A stretch of 43,938 bases of DNA, from the NCBI RefSeq assembly GCF_001194135.2, contig NC_068981.1, forward strand, positions 183,154,280 to 183,198,217, in the 5' to 3' direction. The DNA comes from Octopus bimaculoides. Its lineage: Eukaryota. Shown one piece after another: positions 35,460 to 43,938 of the stretch. The number at the start of each line of letters is the position of its first letter. The stretch's first letter is position 1. The notes beneath the pieces were generated by a model. That model was not told the DNA's origin. It did not search any database and worked only from the letters and a program-made list of their open reading frames with translations. A program made the position numbers and the translations under genes.

Positions 35460-35660
35460 CACTGTAAAGTGGTTGGCGTTAGGAAGGGCATCCAGCAGTA
35501 GAAACTCTGCCAGATCAGAATGGAGCCTGGTGCAGCCATCTGGTTCGCCAGTCCTCAGTCANNNNNNNNNNCAGCCATCTGGTTCGCCAGTCCTCAGTCA
35601 AATCGTCTAACCCATGCTAGCATGGAAAGCGGACGTTAAATGATGATGATGATGATGATA
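35460..35660 (+). mobile_element. SINE family C (GTGGTTGGCGTTAGGAAGGGCATCCAGC...CCCATGCTAGCATGGAAAGCGGACGTTAAA(TGA)n). Copies or parts also near 31680, 32640, 33190 (-), 35350, 35870, 35976 (-), 36765, 37075, 39105, 39365-39815, 40975, 43360-43545
   Basis: Recurrent central motif and a (GAT)n 3' end of the kind seen in RTE-mobilised SINEs. Family name not verified. Confidence 0.75.
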
Positions 35661-36505
35661 TATGGCTGTGTGGTTAGGAAGCTTTTTTTCCCAGCCACAT
35701 GGTTTCGGGTTCAGTCCCACTGCATGGCACCTTGGCAAAGTGTCTTCTGCTACAGCCATAGGCCAACTGAAACCTTGTGATTGAATTTGGTAGGCAGAAT
35801 TTTCTGTCATGTGTGTAAGTGCTTGTGCTTCCTAACAGAGGAAGCACAAGCACTTATATATATATAAGCAATGGAACCAGGTGTGGCTGCTGGCCTTGCC
35901 ACTTCCTGTCAAACCGGCTGACCCATGCCAGCATAGAAAACAGGCATTAAATGGTGGTGATGATGAATGATATATATCATCATCATCGTTTAACATCCTT
36001 CTTCCATGCTGACATGGCTTGGACAGTTTGGCAGGATCTAGCCAGGCAGGAGCCTTCCCCATGCTTTTCTGTGTCTGTTTTGGCATGGTTTTTACAGCTG
36101 GATGCCCTTCCTAATATCAACCACTCCACAGAGTTGGGTCATGCACACACATACACAACAGCATTCCAAGCTTCCATGCTTTTTCTATCTACCAAATCTG
36201 CTGGCAAGATATTGGTTATCCTGGGGCTTCAGTAGTTGCCGAAGGTGCTGTGCAGTGGGGCTGAACTCAAAACCATGCGCTCGCAAAGCAAGCTTCCAAA
36301 CCACACAGCTATGCTTATACCTGCTTAACCACTATTTAATTACTTTTATGTAGAAACATGTCGTCGTAAATATTCCAAATAACTCTTTTATTTGATATCC
36401 TTTACTCAACACTCCCTTATCTCCAAAACAAAATGTTCCATGATGAATAAGAGTAAATACTTTAGACTACATTTGATTTTCTCGTCTTCCTTTTGTCTTT
36501 GACAG

Positions 36506-36605
36506 CCAGAAGAAGCAGACTCAGGCAAGCCTAATCCAGCATATATTGAACAGAGATCTCGGTTGGTTTCACTGTTTAAGCGCCAACTTTCAGTGCCGCT
36601 CCTTG
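36506..36605 (+). CDS. SART3: SART3 coding exon 5
   Basis: PEEADSGKPNPAYIEQRSRLVSLFKRQLSVPLL plus 1 nt (LF.RQL..PL motif), GTAAGT donor. Confidence 0.93.
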
Positions 36606-37767
36606 GTAAGTCTTCTTCATAATTGACCATTGTTGTCAATGATTTTCTTACATTATTTCATTTTTTAAGAAAGTAATTGATCATTAAAAGGTTTCTTCTG
36701 AATGGTAGTACAAAACATTTTGGTGCTGCCTGTTTAGCAATGCTAGTTCAACATTTGGTTATTTGACATCAGATTGGAGCCTGGTGTAGCCATCTGGTTT
36801 CACCAGTCCTCAGTCAAATCGTCCAACCCATGCTAGCATGGAAGGCGGACGTTAAACGATGATGATGATGACATCAGCCATTTAAATGTTTTTTTCATTC
36901 TCTCCCTCCTGCCTCTCTCTCTCTCTCTCTCACTCTCTCTCACTCACTCACTCTCTCTCTCTCTCTCTGTTTATGTGCATGAACATCTAGTTACATTTGT
37001 ATAACATGTCTGACTACAAATCAGAAGATTCCAGGTTTGTATCTGGGCAAACTTGTATTCATTTTTTTCTGTGCTGCTGCCATGTAAAAAGCACCCAGTA
37101 CACTCTGTAAAGTGGTTGGCATTAAAAAGGGCACCCAGATATAGAAACCGTAGCAAAACAGACAACTGGAGCCTAGTGCAGCACTCCAGCTGGCCGGCTC
37201 CTGTCAAACCTTCCAATCCATGCCAGCATAGAAAACAGATGTCAAATGTTGATGATGATGATGATCTCTCTCTTTTTGTATATTCTTTTCTTTTATTCTT
37301 TTATTTGTTTCAGTCATTTCACTGTGGCCATGCTGGAGCACCTCCTTTTATTGAATAAAACCTAGTAGTGTTAATACTCCATGTGTAGACAGGAATTTGG
37401 AGACTGTCCCCTTTCTGAAACCTCAGAACTCTCTTCCCATTATGACACATAAACACATGTTCCTTATATAATATTGTTATATTCTAAGGCAGCGAGCATG
37501 CCAAGTGAAATGCTTAGCAGTGTTTCATCTGTCTTTACGTTCTGAGTTCAAATTCTGCCGAGGTCAACTTTGCCTTTCATCCTTTCAGGGTCGATAAATT
37601 AAGTACCAGTTGTGTACTGGGGTCACTCTAATCGACTGGCCTCCTACCCCAAAATTTTGGGCCTTGTGCCTAGAGTAGAAAAGAATATTGATATATTCTG
37701 TTATAAAGCTGAATAGTAAGTTTTCTTTTTCAAGAATGCTATGATGTGAACATTATTATTCTTGCAG

Positions 37768-37895
37768 GAATTAAAGAAACATACGCTGAAGTGAAGGAAT
37801 GGTTCCCTGAACTGGCATCGGACAAAACCTTCCAACAGATTTACCAGCAGACACTCAGTAAATTGGAAAAATTAAAACCTTTTGAAAAAGAACTG
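37768..37895 (+). CDS. SART3: SART3 coding exon 6
   Basis: (G)IKETYAEVKEWFPELASDKTFQQIYQQTLSKLEKLKPFEKEL, GTATGT donor, phase compatible. Confidence 0.93.
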
Positions 37896-37900
37896 GTATG

Positions 37901-38445
37901 TATTACCAGGTTGAGGAAAAAGTTTGTGCACCATGTTAAAATAATGATTTTTTTTATGCAAGTGTTTATTCAAAAACAACAACAACTATTCTTCAAAATA
38001 AAGACCATCATTTTCCACGACCTTCTGCCAATGATCTGCAAGCTTTCAGATTTGGTCAAAGTATCAATCCTTTGGTTTTGAATCGAAAATTTAACAGGCT
38101 TCTTCAACTTCATTGAATGACTCAAATCGGCAACCTTTCATAAAGTGTTGCATTGATCGGAAGAGACCGTAGTCAGATGGAACGATGTCTGAACTATAGG
38201 CTGGATGCGGCAGAACTTCCACACCTGGTCTTTCTGGTGGTATGCGGCTTTACATTGTCCTGTTGAAACAAAGCGTGTTTTCGATGAACAAGTCTTGGGT
38301 ACTTTTCAACCAGCGCATCGTAGACTCAATCAAGTTGCACCATATAAAAATGCATTATTTTAACTCAGCGCCCAAAAACTTTTTCGTCGACCTCATATTT
38401 GTTCCATATGAGAAGTTGTTTTGCAATCTCATCAGAGGTATGTGA
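37901..38445 (-). mobile_element. Mariner (DD34D-type) transposon 3' fragment in SART3 intron 6
   Basis: Minus strand reads VYDALVEKYPRLVHRKHALFQQDNVKPHT...VEVLPHPAYSSDIVPSDYGLFRSMQHFM...KLADHWQKVVENDGLYFEE* (stop at 37986-37988). HPAYSSDIVPSDY corresponds to the mariner YSPDLAPSD motif. Confidence 0.85.
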
Positions 38446-40129
38446 TTAGTTTTTAATTTGAAGGCAGATAGTTTGTTAGTTTTGTAATTTACATTTATGA
38501 ATTAACTTTCCTGTGTAGCCTCATTCATGAGTGTGTCAGTTATTTATATTTGCTTACAGGTGCAGGCATGGCCTTGTGGCTAAGAAGCTTGCTTTCCAAC
38601 TATGTGGTCTTGGGTTCAATCCCACAATGCAGCACCTTAAGTATGTTTCTTCTACTATAGCCTAAGGCCAGCCAAAGCCCTGTGAATGGATTTGGTAGAC
38701 AAAAAGACAGAAACTGAAAGAAGCGAGCTGGCAGAAACGTTAGCACGCCAAACACAATGCTTAGCGGTATTTCGTCTGCCGTTACATTCTGAGTTCAAAT
38801 TCCGCCGAGGTCGACTTAGCCTTTCATCCTTTCGAGGTCGATAAATTAAGTACCAGTTACGCACTGGGGTCGATATAATTGACTTAATGACTTAATCCCT
38901 TTGTCTGTCCCTTCTATGTTTAGCCGCTTGTGGGCAATAAAGAAATCAGAAACTGAAAGAAGCCCATCATGTGGGTGTATGTGTGTACCTATGTCTAGAT
39001 ATGTAATGCTTGTAAATGAGCTTCATCATCTTACAAGTGTGGTTGTTTGTTTTCAGTCTTTCATGAAAGACTTTCTATGGGAAAATCATTTCCTTGCTTA
39101 AAAACAGGTATGGGTTGGTGACATGAAAGGCATCCAGCTGTAGAAAAAAGTCTGCCTCTATAAATTCCATCTAACCAATACAAACATGGAAAAGTGGGCA
39201 TTAAGTGATGATGAGAAATTCCTTACTGATGTGGTTAGGGTGGGTCTAAGATACAGCATCTTTCTACTATAGGCACAAGGTCTGAAATTTGGGTTGGAGG
39301 CTAGTTGATTACATTGACCCCAGCGTTGAACTGGCACCTAATGGTTATTTAAAAATTTAAAGCACACATCGTGATGGTACCTGTACCAGTGGAGTGCTAA
39401 GAGCACCGTTCAAGTGTGATCATTGCCAGAGCAGCTGTCTGGCTTCCGTGCCAGTGGCACGTAAATAGCACCATTTGAGCATGATCGTTACCAGTGTTGC
39501 CTTCCTGGCACGTGAAAAGACATTCAAGCGAGGTCATTGCCAGTGCTGCTGTACTGGCTCTTGTGCGAGTGGCACATAAAATACACCATTTCGAGCGTAG
39601 CCGTTGCCAGTACCGCCTGACTGGCCTTCGCGCCAGTGTCATGTAAAAAGCACCCACTACACTCTCGGAGTGGTTGGCATTAGGAAGGGCATCCAGCTGT
39701 AGAAACTCTGCCAAATCAGATTGGAGCCTGGTGCAGCCATCTGGTTCACCAGTCCTCAGTCAAATCGTCTAACCCATGCTAGCATGGAAAGTGGACGTTA
39801 AACGATGATGATGCTATTGTTATTTTATATTTTATTTTGAGTTAATCAAGAGAAAAGGTGCAGTGTCCATGGCCTTTATTGGCCTTTCCTCGCATGATAT
39901 ATTGTTACGGTTGATGTTGAATTTCACCTTATAAAAACCAGTTTGTGGGGAAAGGTGTTCCAGTGGGTTGCACTCTGGAGAAGGACTGAGACTTAGATGT
40001 TTTCCCTCAGAGATGCAACAAGGGAGGAGTAGCTAAAGTAGACGATGTGCAAGAGTGGGGCAATTAGTTTGTGTTTCTTCTTTTCTTTCTTTACTCTGTT
40101 GACCGTTTGTTATGTTGGAATATTTTCAG

Positions 40130-40291
40130 GCTGCAACAGATGAGTATTATGCCAAGATGGAAGCTTATTATAAATACATTGAATATGAACTTAGTCTGGA
40201 CGACCCTGCCCGAATACAGTGTATATATGAACGGGCAATCACACATGGATACCTGAATGCAGAACTTTGGCTCCAGTATACACGCTATTTG
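40130..40291 (+). CDS. SART3: SART3 coding exon 7 (HAT repeats)
   Basis: AATDEYYAKMEAYYKYIEYELSLDDPARIQCIYERAITHGYLNAELWLQYTRYL, GTGAGT donor. DPARIQ..ERA motif present. Confidence 0.95.
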
Positions 40292-41530
40292 GTGAGTGTA
40301 TCATTAGTTAATTGTTTTTTTTTGTTTTTGTTTCTTTTACTTTTATCTTTTGTTTCAGTCATTAGACTGCGACCATGCTGGGGCACCACCTTGAAGAATT
40401 TTAGTCGAACAAATCAACCCCAGTGCTTGTTATGCTTTCTTGTAAAGCATGGTGCTTTTTCTGTTGGTCCCTTTTGCCCAACTGCTAAGTTACAACACTG
40501 GTTGTCGAGCAGTGGTAGACAACAAACACATACACAAAGACACACACACACGCACGCACATGATGGGCCTCATTCAGTTTGCGTCTACCCAATCCACTCA
40601 CAAAGTCTTGGTTGGCCCGAGACTATAGTAGAAGATGCTTGCCCAAGATGCCATGCAGTGGGACTGAACCTGAAACTATGTGGTTGGGAAGCAAACTTCC
40701 TAACCACACAGCCATGCCTGTGCCTGTTAAATTTCTTTTTAAAATTGTTATTCTGGGAAATTTTATAAAAAAGTATACAGATGCAGATTTGATTGTGTGG
40801 TAAGAAGCTTGCTTTCCAACTGAATTTGAACTCAAAACACCAAGAACCAGAACATACCATAAGGCATTTCATCCAAGTCCAACAGAAACTGAGAGAAGCC
40901 CATCATGTATGTGTGTGTATAATATAAACACACACATACACATATATCCATTCTACTGATTGATTGGTTGGTTGGTTGGTTGGTTGGTGTTTGGAAGGGC
41001 ATCTAACCATAAAAACCCTGCCAAAACAGACACAGAAGTATGGTGTAGGCTCCTGCCTTGCCAGCTCCTGTCAAACCGTCCAACCCATGCCAGCATGGAA
41101 AGCGGACGTTAAATGATGATGATTGTGTGTTCCACTACTGCCTGACAGCGGGTGTTAGTTTGTTTACTTTCCTGTAACTTAGCAGTTTGGCAAAAGAGGT
41201 TGATAGAAAAAGTGCCAGGCTTAAAAAAAAAGTACTGGAGTTGGTTTATTCATTCTTCAAGGAGATGGCCCAACATGGCTACAGTCTAATCACTGAAGCA
41301 TATAAATTTTAAAGGAAGACAGATGTGGTTTCAATGACATTTGTTTTACAATTCCCAGCAGGTCATAAGACTATATGGAAGCTTTCCTGTCGGTTATTAG
41401 GCAAAAAACCTTGAGAATCACTTTAGTAATGAAACACACAATGCTAGTTTAAAAATTTCGTTCCTGTAGAAACTTGGAATTTGACTCTTTCAGATTTACT
41501 GAAAATTTTATTTGTTTCTTTGTATTTAAG

Positions 41531-41669
41531 GACACCAAGTTGCCCATCAAAAAGGTTGTTCTGGCAGCTTACGAACGTTCTGTGAGAAATTGTCCTTGGA
41601 AAGCAGAACTGTGGGGTCGTTATATCTTAGCAATGGAACGACACAAGGAACCAGATGTGAAGATAACAG
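41531..41669 (+). CDS. SART3: SART3 coding exon 8 (HAT repeat); gene continues beyond this exon
   Basis: DTKLPIKKVVLAAYERSVRNCPWKAELWGRYILAMERHKEPDVKIT plus 1 nt (RNCPW motif), GTAAAT donor. The next exon was not found in sequenced DNA, so it lies in gap 42434-43008 or beyond the window. Confidence 0.95.
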
Positions 41670-41782
41670 GTAAATATCACTGATGTTTATACATCATCAT
41701 TGTCATGTTGTATCTCTGTCCAGGCTCTCTTTTACATAATTACATCACAGGCAAGAATACCTCATTGTCATGTTGTTATGTT

Positions 41783-42146
41783 GGCACTCCGTCGAGGGTT
41801 CCAGTTGATCCGATCAACAGAACAGCCTGCTTGTGAAATTAACGTGCAAGTGGTTGAGCACTCCACAGACACGTGTACCCTTAACGTAGTTCTCGGGGAT
41901 ATTCAGCGTGACACAGTGTGACAAGGCTGACCCTTTGAGTTACAGACACAACAGAATCAGGAAGTAAGGGTGTGAGAAAGTTGTGGTGAAAGAGTATAGC
42001 AGGTTTGGCCACCATCCCCTGCCGGAGCCTCGTGAAGCTTCAGGTGTTTTCGCTCAATAAACACTCAGAAAGCTCGGTCTGGGAATCGAAACTGCGATCC
42101 TATGACCGCGAGTCCACTGCCCTAATCACTGGGCCATTGCACCTCC
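41783..42146 (-). mobile_element. SINE family D copy in SART3 intron 8
   Basis: Near-colinear match to 3537-3918. Confidence 0.8.
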
Positions 42147-43189
42147 ACTACATCATTGTCATAACCAGTTTGTGTTTTACATTCAGCTGATGCTAAGCTG
42201 TATATTGTTTCATTGTATTAGCTGGGTTGTACATCAAATCACTGTCATACCAGGCTATAAAGTATATCGTCATTGTGTTATTGCCAGGCTGTATAATACA
42301 TCATTGTGACATGGTTAGCATTACCATCATCATCATGGGTTTGATGAATCAACTGTACATCATATTTTCAGTTAAACTGACAAAACAACAATTTTCACTG
42401 TTACCTGTGCTGATATATATATATATATATATANNNNNNNNNNNNNNNNNNNNNNNNNNNNNNNNNNNNNNNNNNNNNNNNNNNNNNNNNNNNNNNNNNN
42501 NNNNNNNNNNNNNNNNNNNNNNNNNNNNNNNNNNNNNNNNNNNNNNNNNNNNNNNNNNNNNNNNNNNNNNNNNNNNNNNNNNNNNNNNNNNNNNNNNNNN
42601 NNNNNNNNNNNNNNNNNNNNNNNNNNNNNNNNNNNNNNNNNNNNNNNNNNNNNNNNNNNNNNNNNNNNNNNNNNNNNNNNNNNNNNNNNNNNNNNNNNNN
42701 NNNNNNNNNNNNNNNNNNNNNNNNNNNNNNNNNNNNNNNNNNNNNNNNNNNNNNNNNNNNNNNNNNNNNNNNNNNNNNNNNNNNNNNNNNNNNNNNNNNN
42801 NNNNNNNNNNNNNNNNNNNNNNNNNNNNNNNNNNNNNNNNNNNNNNNNNNNNNNNNNNNNNNNNNNNNNNNNNNNNNNNNNNNNNNNNNNNNNNNNNNNN
42901 NNNNNNNNNNNNNNNNNNNNNNNNNNNNNNNNNNNNNNNNNNNNNNNNNNNNNNNNNNNNNNNNNNNNNNNNNNNNNNNNNNNNNNNNNNNNNNNNNNNN
43001 NNNNNNNNAAGATACACACCAGGCGTCCCATTCATTTCCCAGCTCAAAAAGGCGAGTCCTGTTCTGTGCTCGGGTCAAGGCATAGAACGCAATCCCCACC
43101 ATCAGCAGCAGGGCCCGACAGCATATACTGGTTTACCCCCGCCGCATCATGCTGGTTCTGTACCCCTTTGAGAAACATCAAAATTCACT

Positions 43190-43330
43190 CATCCGTCCAC
43201 AAACACTTTCCAAGCTTTCCTATTATTTGTAAACTTTTGCCTCTCTCACTCCAACACCTCTGACCACCAAAGCGTTCCTTACTCCATCCATCCACTCAAA
43301 CTGAGGTCTGGTTCTCTGGTTTTGCTGCCT
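43190..43330 (-). mobile_element. RTE-like LINE C-terminal fragment
   Basis: Minus strand GRQQNQRTRPQFEWMDGVRNALVVRGVGVREAK resembles the RGRP...WMDGVK.AL..RG....EA C-terminus of RTE-clade reverse transcriptases. Confidence 0.45.
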
Positions 43331-43938
43331 ACCACTTCTGCCTTCATCACCACCTGTGCTGGTGCCACGTGTAAAGCACTCAGCACACTCTATCGGGTGG
43401 TTGGTATTAGGAAGGGCATCCAACTGTAAAAACCTTGCCAAAATGGACCTTGTAGCCTGGTGTAGGCTCCTGCCTGGCCAGCCCCTGTCAAACTCTCCAA
43501 CCCATGCCAGCATAGATGATGGACGTTAAATGATGATGATGAGTCAACTATTACAATTCAGTCATCTCTTGTAAAGGACAAGATTTTGATTTAGAACTGA
43601 ATTGTAAACTTCACGAATATAATCTTAATTTTAATAACACTCTTTCATGGTCAAACAATTAGTTTGGAATTCAACTATGACCTCTCTACTTTTCCACTCT
43701 AGGCACAAGGCTGCCTGAAAATTTTGAGGGAGGGGGCCAGTTGATTAGATTGACACCAGTACGCAACTGGTACTTAATTTATTGACCCCAAAAGGATGAA
43801 AGGCAAAGTTGACCTCGGCAGAATTTGAACTCAGAATGTAAAGACAGACAAAATACCGTTAAGCATTTCACCTGATGTGCTAACGATTCTGCCAGCTCGC
43901 CACCTTAGAATCTATAAGATATTATTTTCTTTACTACT

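Noticed and set aside
35533-35601. Exact duplication of CAGCCATCTGGTTCGCCAGTCCTCAGTCA on both sides of a 10-N gap
   Set aside because: Typical unmerged contig overlap, an assembly artefact rather than a real tandem duplication.
43009-43185. CpG-rich patch after the last gap as a possible SART3 exon 9
   Set aside because: No frame resembles the expected next HAT segment (FEKAL..GF...DY..IW) and there is no good acceptor. Probably a young transposon fragment.

Overview
Eukaryotic, AT-rich, repeat-dominated genomic DNA from a draft assembly (12 N-gaps, about 6.0 kb in total). The SINE families, microsatellite load and gene structure point to an octopus or other cephalopod; this is my inference from recalled repeat consensus, not a database hit. 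Well-supported content: (1) the first eight coding exons of SART3 (p110/Prp24, HAT-repeat U4/U6 recycling factor) on the + strand, 28981-41669. All introns are GT-AG, all phases are compatible, the exons give 377 codons, and the gene runs off the window end. (2) One intact tRNA-Cys(GCA) gene at 15023-15094. (3) One orphan exon of an alpha-2-macroglobulin/CD109/TEP-family gene at 1058-1258 carrying a +1 frameshift. (4) Decayed transposons: a near full-length dead Tc1 (20366-21777), two Tc1/mariner 3' fragments, an internally deleted Gypsy relic bracketed by a 107-bp inverted repeat, L1/Tx1-like and RTE-like LINE scraps, and Helentron-type non-autonomous elements. (5) Dozens of tRNA-derived SINE copies from at least five families, which I label A-E. 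Almost all entries in the supplied ORF track are artefacts of gaps, microsatellites or SINEs. I see no clearly new multi-gene system. The most interesting signals are at repeat and epigenome level: CpG decay of SINE copies inside the SART3 gene body, SINE chains joined at one recurrent head position, a fold-back Gypsy relic, and inverted SINE arrangements in SART3 introns. Repeat boundaries are approximate (plus or minus 10-20 bp) and were read by eye.
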